DNA from: a virus | Lineage: Duplodnaviria > Caudoviricetes | IMG/VR virus record: IMGVR_UViG_3300037041_001930 | Strand: one strand, 5' to 3' | Length of the DNA: 64,000 nt | Shown: positions 36,595-46,787 of the stretch, piece by piece | Layout of the letters: each line of letters opens with the position of its first letter | Position numbering within the stretch: position 1 is the stretch's first letter | Made by a program: the position numbers and the translations under genes | Notes under the pieces: model-generated | Databases searched by the model: none | What the model saw: the letters and a program-made list of their open reading frames with translations, nothing else | Told to the model about the DNA's origin: nothing

Positions 36595-37276
36595 AACTAC
36601 GGGTATTCATGTATTCCATGAAACCATAACCCATGCGTATCTCCAGGGGGTTAACGAACTCCTGTTTGCATTTCTTACATGTTATTGGCTTCCCGTTATA
36701 CGCGTCGAGAGCCCATCTCACTGAACACACTGGCTGCATGCAGTCATAACAAACAAATAATCCGTCTTCGTAGTACCCGCGTTGGGTAGTGTTGGCACGT
36801 GTGTCCACTCCCCCGCAAACCCTGCACACCGAAGACAACGGTGTATCGCCTAGCCTAACGCTGTCGGAATTACTAACCCGCATCTCGAGCTTCAAGCCCC
36901 CTGCCTCAACCCAGTACGATAATATCGAACGGGTAATCCGCATAATTTCAACTTTCTTGGGCACAAACTTCCCGTAATACTGATCCCTCCAGCGTGAATC
37001 TAAGATAAGCACCCCACCCTCACCAACTATCGCAGGTAGAGTGGTTGGCTGTGGGCTGGCTGCGTATAGCTGGGTACCTGGCAATGCAGTGACAACCCAC
37101 TTTGAAGTTTTTGGCGTCTTATATGAGTTACGCGCTCGAACTGGCGCCCCAATGGCTATCTTAGCCTCTCGGTTAGTATTGCGCATCTCCTCGGCATGCC
37201 TATTCATTGGCTTGCTCGATGCGGCACCAAGGGTCGTGTATTTTCCTTTAAGTAAACAAAAAGATGAGGAGTTCAT
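36551..37276 (-). CDS. Low-GC hypothetical protein with C-terminal Cys clusters
   Basis: CRVC, CYDC, CKKC and CYNC pairs; A/T-rich codons. Confidence 0.6.
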   Translation of the reverse strand: MNSSSFCLLKGKYTTLGAASSKPMNRHAEEMRNTNREAKIAIGAPVRARNSYKTPKTSKWVVTALPGTQLYAASPQPTTLPAIVGEGGVLILDSRWRDQYYGKFVPKKVEIMRITRSILSYWVEAGGLKLEMRVSNSDSVRLGDTPLSSVCRVCGGVDTRANTTQRGYYEDGLFVCYDCMQPVCSVRWALDAYNGKPITCKKCKQEFVNPLEIRMGYGFMEYMNTRSFVCYNCKEKRSPHD

Positions 37277-37302
37277 ATAGGCTTCCCCTTTCTTTATTAG
37301 TG

Positions 37303-39009
37303 TCAGCTCACGAATGGTTTGACCTCTGGTGCACAGAAAACGGCTTCTGGCACCCATGCGGACAACTTGAGACCCGCGAGGGTCCGAGTCCGCGATAACG
37401 CGACGTAGGCGAGGCCATGCCGGGAATCCCCGGGCATATAGGTAATCGACTTCATGTCGACCCAGGCCTTGTCCACGGTGGCCCCCTGGGCCTTGTGGAT
37501 CGTCATCGCCCAGCCCAGGGACAACGGGAACCCCCTGAGGCTGAACTTGGGTTGTCCCAGGGGATCCTTGACCTCCTGGGTCACCTCGGTGACCTCAACG
37601 GTGGCACCGGTACGATCCATGGTGACCAGGATGGACACCGGGACCGAGGCAGGCTTCGAGCCAACCTCAAAAGGATTTGGCTCCGGGGTGTCATTAATCC
37701 TGGTGCCCCCGGCGACCCTGGCCTCCACGATGAGACCGACGTCCCCGTTGACCCAGCGTTGCTCGCCTTCCTCGGAGTAGTCATTCATGGTGAAGACTAC
37801 CCGGGCGCCAACACGGAATACATCGTTGTGGGCGAGACGACCACTAGAGATCTCCCGGGCGATATCGGATTCCTTGAGAGCATACTTCTCCTTGATGTGG
37901 GTAGGCCGCGTATCTAAGTATTTGGTATGCAATCTGAACAGGCGGTGGCCATCGGGGTTATGGGTGACCCGCTGGAGGTTGTAGTTGTCCGCGGTGGCAT
38001 TGGTGGCATAGAGCCGAATAAAGGCGTCATCAGATGGGGGTGTATCGACGACACATGCCTTGAAGACTTCCTCCACGCTGGAGTCAACTTCCCCTCTGCG
38101 AACCTTGTTGAGAGCTCCGAGGAATACTACCTCACTCTGGCGATGACACTCCGTGAGCTTGATGACGTCGGCTTGGGTGATCAGCTTGGTCGACATCGCC
38201 CAGGTGTCCTTGACCGGCGCGGCTTGCCCCCAGTCGCCAACGATGACCAGAGACTTCCCATACTTCTGGGCCGTCGCGTAGAGATAGTTGGCCATGCAGG
38301 CCCCGATCATGGAGCCCTCGTCGATGATGATGACCTTGGGGGTCCCCCGCATCAGCTTCTCGAGCCGGATGGCATCCCGGGTCTTATTGAGCTCGCGATC
38401 ATATGAGAACATGGCATCCACGGTGCAGCCACCAACATTGATGGCGGCTTTACCCGTGGTCGCGCAGATCGCAGACGGGATCCGCTTGAGGACCTCGCGG
38501 ATCACCGTGGACTTCCCGGTACCCGCGTACCCCGTGAGGATGGTTACCGTGGCCCGTGTTGACGTCAGCTTGTTGAGTGCGGACTTCTGATCCGGACTCC
38601 AGGGGATCTCGGGCTCCTCGGGTTCATCGTCGTCGTCGAAGGCATCCCCTGCTCTGTTGTCACCCATCGATGGTGATGGCTTCGGCGCGGGGTCACAAAA
38701 CGGGGAATCTCCTGGGGACAACGCTGCCGCCACGACCCGCTGAAAGGCGGCCTCTGGGGTAAGCCGTGGAGTAATCGGTGCCTGCAGTGGGTTTAGCGTC
38801 AGGGGATCGGCATGACTGCCCCCGAGTTCCACCACGGCGTCCTCGGTATCCGCGTTGACTTCACTTTCAATAATCGCGGTGATGGCCTCCTGGGACAGGA
38901 AGACCTGGTTGAACTGCCTGACCACCTTGAGGCGTCTGGCATCATCATGGAGCCCGGGGAGGTCGAGTAACACTCCTTTCCCGGGGACTCTTGTGATTCT
39001 TGTGGGCAT
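37303..39009 (-). CDS. Pif1/RecD-like SF1B helicase
   Basis: TGYAGTGKS, IIIDEGSM, GDWGQ..PV, LTECHRQ, NGDVG, WAMTIHKAQG.T, YVALSR. Confidence 0.92.
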   Translation of the reverse strand: MPTRITRVPGKGVLLDLPGLHDDARRLKVVRQFNQVFLSQEAITAIIESEVNADTEDAVVELGGSHADPLTLNPLQAPITPRLTPEAAFQRVVAAALSPGDSPFCDPAPKPSPSMGDNRAGDAFDDDDEPEEPEIPWSPDQKSALNKLTSTRATVTILTGYAGTGKSTVIREVLKRIPSAICATTGKAAINVGGCTVDAMFSYDRELNKTRDAIRLEKLMRGTPKVIIIDEGSMIGACMANYLYATAQKYGKSLVIVGDWGQAAPVKDTWAMSTKLITQADVIKLTECHRQSEVVFLGALNKVRRGEVDSSVEEVFKACVVDTPPSDDAFIRLYATNATADNYNLQRVTHNPDGHRLFRLHTKYLDTRPTHIKEKYALKESDIAREISSGRLAHNDVFRVGARVVFTMNDYSEEGEQRWVNGDVGLIVEARVAGGTRINDTPEPNPFEVGSKPASVPVSILVTMDRTGATVEVTEVTQEVKDPLGQPKFSLRGFPLSLGWAMTIHKAQGATVDKAWVDMKSITYMPGDSRHGLAYVALSRTRTLAGLKLSAWVPEAVFCAPEVKPFVS

Positions 39010-39019
39010 GGTGTTTCCT

Positions 39020-39056
39020 AAAAAGGAGCCCCCATGTGGGGTCACCACATGGGGGC
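39020..39056 (-). terminator. Perfect 12-bp hairpin with TGACC loop and TCCTTTTT tract
   Basis: GCCCCCATGTGG-TGACC-CCACATGGGGGC-TCCTTTTT. Confidence 0.75.
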
Positions 39057-39079
39057 TGGGTTCTCATGAGTAACCTGGG

Positions 39080-39382
39080 CTACGCCGTCTGCACTTTTTG
39101 ACTCTTCTTTTCTTTTGCGGGTTTAACCGGTATTGCGATATCTGGTCGCGTGCATGGCGTGAGTCCTGCGGATAACAACTGTTTTTCCAGGCGAGATACC
39201 TCGGCCTGGGCGACGACAACAGCCCGTCTCGCGATTTGCTCGTTGCGTCCGGAAGTCCGGACATCTTCTTGAGCTCTGTGCAGGGCGTTTCGTAACTCGT
39301 CGGTTGCCTTACCTAATTTCTCGAGTTCAGCCTTGTGGGCTTCCGTGAGAGTTTGGATTCGACGGTCTTGCGCAGTTATCAT
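39080..39382 (-). CDS. Coiled-coil hypothetical protein
   Basis: GGAG SD before MITAQ; heptad pattern. Confidence 0.6.
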   Translation of the reverse strand: MITAQDRRIQTLTEAHKAELEKLGKATDELRNALHRAQEDVRTSGRNEQIARRAVVVAQAEVSRLEKQLLSAGLTPCTRPDIAIPVKPAKEKKSQKVQTA

Positions 39383-39413
39383 AGCGGCTCCAAGGGCGTA
39401 GCCTATACCCAAG

Positions 39414-39428
39414 TTTACTCAGCGTCAA
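39414..39428 (-). promoter_or_regulatory. TTGAC-N4-AGTAAA motif / sigma70-like promoter
   Basis: Minus strand TTGACG-CTG-AGTAAA; TAGGCT lies 17 nt after TTGACG. Confidence 0.6.
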
Positions 39429-39429
39429 G

Positions 39430-41538
39430 TCACCCGAGGTCCACGCCGAGTTCAAGGGTCGAGGACACCCCATGGGAATCCACCTTTGTGATCGCAATCT
39501 TTGATGCCTTGGGATCAATGCACACCGCAGTGACACTCTCGCGTTCTCGGAATGAACTCTCGAGCCCACACAACCTGAGGATGTCACGGTATGGCTTACC
39601 TATCTCGGCGACCCTGGCGATCTCGGTGCGGAACCTGGCGAAGTCAGCCTCAACATCTTTAGCGGCGTCGTCGTCAGAATCCCCTGAACTCCGTATTATG
39701 TTCGTCATCGAGGATTCAACGCTATGTGTTAGCGCGACGACCTCATCCAAGGTGCCCATCCAGATACATTCTTGAACCCCCTTTTCATTCCCAGTATAGA
39801 AACTGAACGCGGGGAGCGCGAAGTCCTCCTGGCGCACCGCTGCCGATCTAATCGGGGCGAACTCGCTGAAGGACAGTGGAGTGTTCCCGGCATCCCGTAG
39901 GGGCTCCAGGACATCGTCTGACGCGGGATCTGTGTCGACGTCGAAGAACAGGATCTGACCCTTGACGCCGTCATCAAGACGGATGAAGGAGTTGACCCTC
40001 ATGTCCTGGGGGCGCGTGCACCAACGATTCGTGGCGATGTCGGCGAGCTTGCATGGGATATCGATGACCATCAGGGCGACCTGGGCTCCATGTGGATCAT
40101 CCATGCCATGGATGCCACGAACACTGACACAGACACCATTGGGGACCGCGGTTCCCGCGATGTCGTGACACCCCATTAATTTGCCCTCACGTCCCTCACG
40201 CAGCTTCCAGGACGAGAGGTCCGCAGGGAAGTTGAAGCGTACGGAGACATCAGAGGCATCGGCGAGGCAGGAGTCGTCAAGACTCTCGATGAGAACTTGA
40301 TTGTCTTGAGTCCGCAGGGCAATCATGGGTGCGAGTTCGGCGACACGTTCACCTCGGGGCAGCAGGGCTACCTCGAGTTCGCTGGAGTCATCACCCCTGG
40401 CCACAGGCCAGAGTACCTTGGGGGCCCCGATGTAGTGGGCATAGAAAGCCTGGAATACCTCGGGTTGTAACTCGTGGTTGTCATCCCGAGACCGGTAGCA
40501 GACCTCAGAAAATGTGAGTTTCCCCTTCTCGTACTGGATGGCCCTGGTCTTAAACAGTTCCCGTAACTCGGTGACCTCAGACATGAACAGGGATTCGTAG
40601 ATGCCCCAGATGAACTCCACGGTTTTCGCATCGAGGATCAGGGACCCACGATCCGGGAGCTTGGGGGTCACCGGGGCGGCGCCGTGATCGATGGCGACAC
40701 ACCAGCCGCGTGCCGACCGGATCTCGGGGGTAGTGTCGAACTCGACGTCATCAAACTTGAAGTGCCGCTTGAGCTCGCGTGCATTCAGTTTGACCTGGAT
40801 GCGCTGGCCATGCCAGATCACACCGAGTTCACCATCACCGGGGTAGAAGCCTCGGGAGCCCCCACCTGTATCACGGTAGATCTCGTAGCCCCGGAAATTA
40901 AATGGTTTTTTATCTGAGCCTTGCATGTGTTGAAAGCAATCACGAAACGTGCGAACCTTGACCTGCTCGGGTTGTCCTGGTTTCCGCATGTAGATGTCAA
41001 GGGCGGCGTGGTAGAATGCGGTTTCCTCGACAACCCTGATGACCTCGGAATCCGAGGGGATGCCATGGAGAGTGATCTCGACCCCCTCACAGTCCCAATG
41101 CGGGTCGATGTGGTTGAGGAGATCATCACGATACTCGGGGTCATTGAAGAACGCTTTGCCATGGATCTCTATGGTGCCGAACTTGGATACGATGACAGCG
41201 CGTTCTGAGAACGCGAGGGCGGCACAGAGCCCCATGCCCGCGGGGTCCTGCTCGCGTTCCACGCTGTCATCCCACCCGGAGACCGCGATGCTCAGGGCAG
41301 CACCGATGTCGGTGATCCCCTTGCCGTAGTCGCGAACAGTCAGTGTGGTGACCCCCGTGGGATCAGTGTCCACGCAGACATCGACCCGAGGGCGGACTCC
41401 CGTGGTTTCAATGGGCAAGCTGGCCCGATACGCGTTCTGCAGGATCTCGGTGACCGCGGAGCCAAAGTTGCTGAAGTATCGCGCAGCCTTGGCGAAGAAG
41501 TTGGAGGAAACATGAATCGGGGTCTGGGTATGAGTCAT
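39430..41538 (-). CDS. GHKL (Hsp90/MutL-like) ATPase with a long uncharacterised C-terminus
   Basis: EILQNA (ExxxN), VRDYGKGI (DxGxG) and GMGL Bergerat motifs. Confidence 0.8.
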   Translation of the reverse strand: MTHTQTPIHVSSNFFAKAARYFSNFGSAVTEILQNAYRASLPIETTGVRPRVDVCVDTDPTGVTTLTVRDYGKGITDIGAALSIAVSGWDDSVEREQDPAGMGLCAALAFSERAVIVSKFGTIEIHGKAFFNDPEYRDDLLNHIDPHWDCEGVEITLHGIPSDSEVIRVVEETAFYHAALDIYMRKPGQPEQVKVRTFRDCFQHMQGSDKKPFNFRGYEIYRDTGGGSRGFYPGDGELGVIWHGQRIQVKLNARELKRHFKFDDVEFDTTPEIRSARGWCVAIDHGAAPVTPKLPDRGSLILDAKTVEFIWGIYESLFMSEVTELRELFKTRAIQYEKGKLTFSEVCYRSRDDNHELQPEVFQAFYAHYIGAPKVLWPVARGDDSSELEVALLPRGERVAELAPMIALRTQDNQVLIESLDDSCLADASDVSVRFNFPADLSSWKLREGREGKLMGCHDIAGTAVPNGVCVSVRGIHGMDDPHGAQVALMVIDIPCKLADIATNRWCTRPQDMRVNSFIRLDDGVKGQILFFDVDTDPASDDVLEPLRDAGNTPLSFSEFAPIRSAAVRQEDFALPAFSFYTGNEKGVQECIWMGTLDEVVALTHSVESSMTNIIRSSGDSDDDAAKDVEADFARFRTEIARVAEIGKPYRDILRLCGLESSFRERESVTAVCIDPKASKIAITKVDSHGVSSTLELGVDLG

Positions 41539-42149
41539 TTCAGAAAATCCTTGTGACTGAGGTGTATGGGAACCGGGAGGTCGTGGACACGAGCCACGGC
41601 CTTCACGGCGACCACGGGGTCATAGATGCCCTCACATGCCGAGAGGAGACCGTTGGCACTAACCCCGGCTTCAATGAAGTTCAACCACTTTTCGTTACCG
41701 GAACCCAAGGCGTAATCGACGACGTAGCGAGCCACCCCCTTGAGGTCCTGGAGACGGAAGGGTTCCGTGTATTCGACTTCGGTGCCAATCGCAGTCTTGA
41801 GCTTGATCGCAGAGATCCGGCGAAGCAGGGGGCGACACTCGTATTCACCGATCTCCGTCCACTTCCCGATGTCCTGGAGACACCAGGAGACCTCATTGGT
41901 GTCGATGAGGAAATGGTTGGATTCTGGATCGAACCATTCCACCCAGTGCGGGTTATCCGTGTTACCCTGTGTGGCCTCTTCCAGGCAGGCCACGAAGGTC
42001 CCGGGATCCGGGAGTTCGACCTTGGTATCCAGCATGGCCTCGAGACGTAGAAAACACGGAGGCCAGGCTTCGCAGTTATCAACTCCTGCGATGTATGCTC
42101 GAAACTCCTCGAGGATACCACGTAGGGTTTCTTTTTCTTCGGGGGTCAT
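41535..42149 (-). CDS. Hypothetical protein
   Basis: 204 aa; ATGA-coupled. Confidence 0.7.
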   Translation of the reverse strand: MTPEEKETLRGILEEFRAYIAGVDNCEAWPPCFLRLEAMLDTKVELPDPGTFVACLEEATQGNTDNPHWVEWFDPESNHFLIDTNEVSWCLQDIGKWTEIGEYECRPLLRRISAIKLKTAIGTEVEYTEPFRLQDLKGVARYVVDYALGSGNEKWLNFIEAGVSANGLLSACEGIYDPVVAVKAVARVHDLPVPIHLSHKDFLK

Positions 42150-42334
42150 GGGGTCCTCTTCTCCACGGTACCATCAAGGTAACCGTGGTGCCAAGTAATG
42201 AACTCAGACTCGAGGCCCTGACGCTCAATGAAGAGCGCCAGGGCCTCGATGAGCCCGGTTTTCGTGATGCCATCCACGGTGTCCTCAACCGCGGCGAGGT
42301 GGTCTAGGATTCCTGAGGTGGCGCCATCACTCAT
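42146..42334 (-). CDS. Small hypothetical protein
   Basis: GGAGG SD before MSDGATS; ATGA-coupled at both ends. Confidence 0.55.
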   Translation of the reverse strand: MSDGATSGILDHLAAVEDTVDGITKTGLIEALALFIERQGLESEFITWHHGYLDGTVEKRTP

Positions 42335-44361
42335 TGGGTCCTCCAGGTCACCGCGGCGAACCGGAGGTCTTTGAGGTGGTGGATCTCGCATTTGCCATCA
42401 TACGAGTTCAGTTGGCCGCCGGCGTCTTCACGGGCGACCTCATGACACCAGTCCAGCCAGTCCTGGTACTGCTTCGCATTGAGATCCTTCTGGGGATCCC
42501 ATTGCTTGACATGGATCTTGTCATCTTTACCGATAAACCCACGTGAACGCAGCCAGCACTGCTTGCCGTAGTCAGCGTAACCATTGTTGACCCCATGCGC
42601 AGCCAATGCGGCCACTGCGCCTTCAGGGGAGTATTCCTGGAGCGACGGCAACGCGATCATGACATATTTCTCGGGGCCATAACTGAAGGAGACCTCTGGC
42701 AACGGTTCGCCCTCGATGCCATCCGGGCTCAGGCAGCGGTGGAAGCTGTCGTTGTCGAGCTCGAAGCCATAACACTTCGTGATATCGAAGCGCATGGCGA
42801 GGGCGGGCTCAAAGGCTTCCTGGAAACCCTTGTGGCTCGCCTTGGGGAGTTCATTGGCGATGAACTCCTTGAGCTCAGTGGTGTCCCCAGAGAAATCATC
42901 GTACTCCTTGCGGAGTACCTCACATGCCTTGTCATATGGCAGGAAATTGCCGTCGTTATCACAGAGCAAGTGCATGTTCTCGGGGGGAATGACGAAATGG
43001 GCTTCCTTTACAGTGTCGAGATCACGCACACTGAAACCGAGTTCACCAAAGGAACCAATGGTGATGTAAGGTTTCGCGCCCCTGTGGTTGTTGGTATCAC
43101 TGAGGATGTGAGGCCAGCCTGCCTTGGCCATGCGCTGGTGTTCCATGCGCTGGGCTTCACCACCGGAGACCAGGATACCCGAGCTGCACCAGATCTGGAG
43201 CAGGGACTTCGCAAACCTCACCATCTTGGGGTCCGCATGCTTGGATTCCGTGACCAAGGCATACGCATTGTTCTCGATATAGGTCCGCAGTGCCGCGGGA
43301 TCCGAGAGGGCTTCATCCAGGGTGCCCCAGGTGATGAGAACATCCACAATAGGTGAACACGTGAACTCATTGTGACCCCACCCCAGGAATGGTGGCATGT
43401 TGAACTTCCACTCCCTGACCAAGATCGGCAGCTTCTTCTGGATACGGGTGATGAGTTCCAAGAACTCGCGTTCATCGACGGCGTAATTCCGGATCTTCCT
43501 GACGGTGCCTTCACAGCCCCCGTGTTCCTCCAGGGTATTGATCAAGAACTTCTGAATCGCCTCCTGGGTTTCGACGACCGCACTATGCGAGAAGTGCTGC
43601 GCAGTCCTCGCTGTGCACTGCAGGTTGGAAAGAATGAGCTTGAAATACTCGTTGGATTTCATGCCATCCGTGTACGCCTTGCTGTCACCGTACTTCATGC
43701 AATTCACGATCTCAGCGGAGACCCGGGCGACGTCGACTCCAGTGATCCCTGCTGGCGGGGTCTCGAAGAGATCAGCATGGGCTACGAACAAATCGAATGC
43801 ACCCAGAACCGCCTTCTGCAGGAACAAGGCGATGTGATCGGTGGATGAAATGTCATGCTTCCAGGACTTGGTGGCGCAGTAGGACTCCCAGCGTGGGCGC
43901 CCCAGCCGGGCCAAGTAACCGGCTTCATAGGTGTTCATGGCGAAGGTGACCCATGGGGGCTGGGCCTGCATGGGCACGAGATCATGGGTACCCGAATGCG
44001 TGATACCCCCAATGCCGGCACATGCCTTGGCGAAATCGAGATCAGACAACTTGAACACTGGGGTCCGGGAGACCTCACGGTAGAACTTCTTTTTGCCCAC
44101 CTCCCGTGTGAGGATCCCGGGGATCTGCGTGGGTCGTGGTGACATCTCGACTTCATCCCAACTCGGGACTTCGATGGGCAGCGCATACAGAGAACTCGGG
44201 ATCCAGACATCACGGGGTTCACCGTTGTCATTCGGGAACCCCGCGGGTGCCTTGGTGAACTTGACTTGATCCCATGAAAAAGCCGCACGGTTTCGTGCGG
44301 CTGTGGTCTGCAGGGCGTTGAGGCGGCGTGCTGCGGCCTCGATGATTTCAAGAGCTGACAT
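42331..44361 (-). CDS. Large hypothetical protein
   Basis: 676 aa; no motif recognised. Confidence 0.8.
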   Translation of the reverse strand: MSALEIIEAAARRLNALQTTAARNRAAFSWDQVKFTKAPAGFPNDNGEPRDVWIPSSLYALPIEVPSWDEVEMSPRPTQIPGILTREVGKKKFYREVSRTPVFKLSDLDFAKACAGIGGITHSGTHDLVPMQAQPPWVTFAMNTYEAGYLARLGRPRWESYCATKSWKHDISSTDHIALFLQKAVLGAFDLFVAHADLFETPPAGITGVDVARVSAEIVNCMKYGDSKAYTDGMKSNEYFKLILSNLQCTARTAQHFSHSAVVETQEAIQKFLINTLEEHGGCEGTVRKIRNYAVDEREFLELITRIQKKLPILVREWKFNMPPFLGWGHNEFTCSPIVDVLITWGTLDEALSDPAALRTYIENNAYALVTESKHADPKMVRFAKSLLQIWCSSGILVSGGEAQRMEHQRMAKAGWPHILSDTNNHRGAKPYITIGSFGELGFSVRDLDTVKEAHFVIPPENMHLLCDNDGNFLPYDKACEVLRKEYDDFSGDTTELKEFIANELPKASHKGFQEAFEPALAMRFDITKCYGFELDNDSFHRCLSPDGIEGEPLPEVSFSYGPEKYVMIALPSLQEYSPEGAVAALAAHGVNNGYADYGKQCWLRSRGFIGKDDKIHVKQWDPQKDLNAKQYQDWLDWCHEVAREDAGGQLNSYDGKCEIHHLKDLRFAAVTWRTQ

Positions 44362-44372
44362 GCGTGTTCCTT

Positions 44373-45203
44373 TCAGAACGGTGGAGAGTCATCGTCGATG
44401 CGGGACCAGAAGTCACTGAAAACTCGGGGAGGCGCATCGGGGTACCGTGTCTTGACTACGGCATCAACGAGTCTGCGATAGGTCTCCGCGGGGATCTGGG
44501 CTCCCTTGACTTGGCCGAGCACCTTGAACAGGAGCCCAGCGGTGTTCAGACAATCACAGAGACAGTAATCGATGACATCATCGATCTTTCCTGCCTTGAC
44601 GAGAGCGCCGACATCGGAGCCATCGCAGTCCAGTTTTCCAGGGAGCCCGACGAGACGGGACCAGAAGTTGAGATCGCCTCCTGAGCGTGATTTACCGGAG
44701 AGGAAGACGCTGAGGTCCAGATGGGTGTCATTAGAGGTATTTGAACTCCGTGGATCCTCCCAGGGCTTCAGGGCGAGGCCTCGGAACCACCAGGGCACCG
44801 AGACGCCATGCTTGAGTGCCTGGGCCTCCATCATGGGGAAATCGAAGTTGTGGCCCCCGAAGGTGACCAGGGTTCGTGTGCCCAGGGAGTTCACGGCACC
44901 GACCACGGCACCCCAGAAGGCTTCAGTGAAGGCGCGATCGAAGACATGATGAATGGTCTGGACCCCGAGGAGTCTGAGATCCTCGGAGATCGCGAGCATG
45001 CAGGCGACCACGGGGGTCTGGAGACGGCCGGGGTAGAAACAGTTCTCGGTCTCCTTGCAGATCTTGTCACCCACCCGGGCTAAGCAGGCATCGTAATTCT
45101 CGGCGACGAGCCCACCGGTCTGGGCATCCCGGGTGTAAGTGTGATTCGTGTTATACACTACAGAGTCATGCCGAACACTCTCGATATCAAGTACGAGGTA
45201 CAT
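44373..45203 (-). CDS. PolB-related stand-alone 3'-5' exonuclease (DEDDy)
   Basis: VLDIES, TFGGHNFDFP, YCLCDCL; GGAGG SD. Confidence 0.8.
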   Translation of the reverse strand: MYLVLDIESVRHDSVVYNTNHTYTRDAQTGGLVAENYDACLARVGDKICKETENCFYPGRLQTPVVACMLAISEDLRLLGVQTIHHVFDRAFTEAFWGAVVGAVNSLGTRTLVTFGGHNFDFPMMEAQALKHGVSVPWWFRGLALKPWEDPRSSNTSNDTHLDLSVFLSGKSRSGGDLNFWSRLVGLPGKLDCDGSDVGALVKAGKIDDVIDYCLCDCLNTAGLLFKVLGQVKGAQIPAETYRRLVDAVVKTRYPDAPPRVFSDFWSRIDDDSPPF

Positions 45204-45822
45204 CGGTGTCCTCCCCGTAAACATTGTGGAGATGGACAACACCACCGTCGTGGACGACATGTGGGGACATCTGGAGATTCGCCCACCGCTCGGATTCCTC
45301 GGCCTCCTTCTTCGTGTTGTAGGGGCGCGAGGAAATCACGCCATCAACACAGATGACCACTGCGGTACGTGGTAGCGGGGCATTGGGGTCGTACCCCGAG
45401 ATATCAGGGGAGGCATCGGAGCGCCCCGTGGGGGTCACGATGTCATTCTCCTCGGCGATCTCTTGGCGAACCCGTCTGGCCTCGATCTGGGCCAGCGATG
45501 ATGTCTTGATCTCACCAAGCGTGATGTCGCAGCCATGCTTGACGACCCCGAAGCCTCCGAGATGGAGGAGTTTGGCGATCACGGGAGTCACGGCGTCGGA
45601 TACCGAGGGCATCCCATCGGCGTACGCCGGGGCCACGGCGTAGATCATGCCGTCACGAATCGGAACGGGGTCCACTGAGGATGAGACCACAGCAGCGACC
45701 TGGTTGGTGCGCAAACAGTGGGCCAGGAACTTCTCGGCACCCCCTGGCGAGATGACCACGTAGGCATTGGACATTTCGATCCAGTTGAAATAGAACTTTC
45801 GGAACTCGTCGAGCAAACTCAT
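45187..45822 (-). CDS. Hypothetical protein
   Basis: ATGA-coupled to the ruvB stop. Confidence 0.65.
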   Translation of the reverse strand: MSLLDEFRKFYFNWIEMSNAYVVISPGGAEKFLAHCLRTNQVAAVVSSSVDPVPIRDGMIYAVAPAYADGMPSVSDAVTPVIAKLLHLGGFGVVKHGCDITLGEIKTSSLAQIEARRVRQEIAEENDIVTPTGRSDASPDISGYDPNAPLPRTAVVICVDGVISSRPYNTKKEAEESERWANLQMSPHVVHDGGVVHLHNVYGEDTDVPRT

Positions 45823-46787
45823 GTGTTCCCTATCTTGCCGAGGATCTCGGCGCCTCCAGCGGTGAGCTTGCGGCCCTGGCGGCCACGTTCAATGAAACCC
45901 TGCTGGAGTAACCAGGGCTCATAGGTGTCTTCAATGGTGCGCTCTTCTTCGTCGAGTGCAGCCGACAACGTCTTCAACCCGGTGACCCCATTGGTGGCCA
46001 GGATCTCGAGGATCCTGACTTCCATCTTGCCGAGCCCCTGGGTGTAACCGAGGCGATCCAGGGTGCGCTGCACGGTACCCGTGGTGATCCCCCCGGTCTC
46101 CGAGATCGAGGAACCAAAGTAGGTGTCGAGGACGGCTTCGATGAGGCGCCCCGCGAATCTCCCGGTGCCATGACAGGGTTTGATGAGAAGCCCGATGGCA
46201 TCGGAGTCCCATTCGATGCCCTTGATGTCATCAGACTCCTCACGATACGCGTTCACGGTCCACTTGAGGACCTCGAGCATGGAGGCGTCATCGTAGAGCT
46301 CGAGCCGGATGTGGTGCTTGAACCGATCCCGCATGGGCTCTGGAATCAGGCCCTCACGAGTCGTCGCCCCGGCCACCGTGTAATCAGCAACCTCCAGAGT
46401 GATCAGTGGCTGGTTCTCCCCCATGGAGACCGTGACCTTTTGATCCTCCATGACGTGGTAGAGATACTCGGAGACCTCACCGGGTAAGGCGTGGATCTCG
46501 TCGAGGAACAGGAGACCACCTTGGGGAACCGTGGTCAATGTGGGCAGGATATCCTTGGGCTTCTCGACTGCGGTGCAGTTGAGAACCGTGACACTCTCAG
46601 GCCTCAGCCCGAGTTCATGGGGGACCACGTGGGCTGCCAGAGTGGTCTTACCAACCCCCGGGGGACCCACGATGAGGAAATGTGCGAATCGCTTTGACCT
46701 CCGAGTCGCGGCACGGACGGCAACAGCGAGCTGTTCGACGGCATCAGTTTGGCCGTGGAACGCCTGGAAACTGTTCGGACGGGGCAT
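45819..46787 (-). CDS. ruvB: Holliday junction branch-migration ATPase RuvB
   Basis: GQ...H.L..GPPGVGKTTLA, LFLDEIHAL, GATTREG..PMRDRF, EDTYEPWLLQQGFIERG.QGR. Confidence 0.95.
   Translation of the reverse strand: MPRPNSFQAFHGQTDAVEQLAVAVRAATRRSKRFAHFLIVGPPGVGKTTLAAHVVPHELGLRPESVTVLNCTAVEKPKDILPTLTTVPQGGLLFLDEIHALPGEVSEYLYHVMEDQKVTVSMGENQPLITLEVADYTVAGATTREGLIPEPMRDRFKHHIRLELYDDASMLEVLKWTVNAYREESDDIKGIEWDSDAIGLLIKPCHGTGRFAGRLIEAVLDTYFGSSISETGGITTGTVQRTLDRLGYTQGLGKMEVRILEILATNGVTGLKTLSAALDEEERTIEDTYEPWLLQQGFIERGRQGRKLTAGGAEILGKIGNT

Noticed and set aside
23362-41538. STAS protein and GHKL ATPase as a cognate anti-anti-sigma/anti-sigma pair
   Set aside because: They are 16 kb apart on opposite strands, and the ATPase is far larger than RsbW/SpoIIAB kinases; no linking evidence
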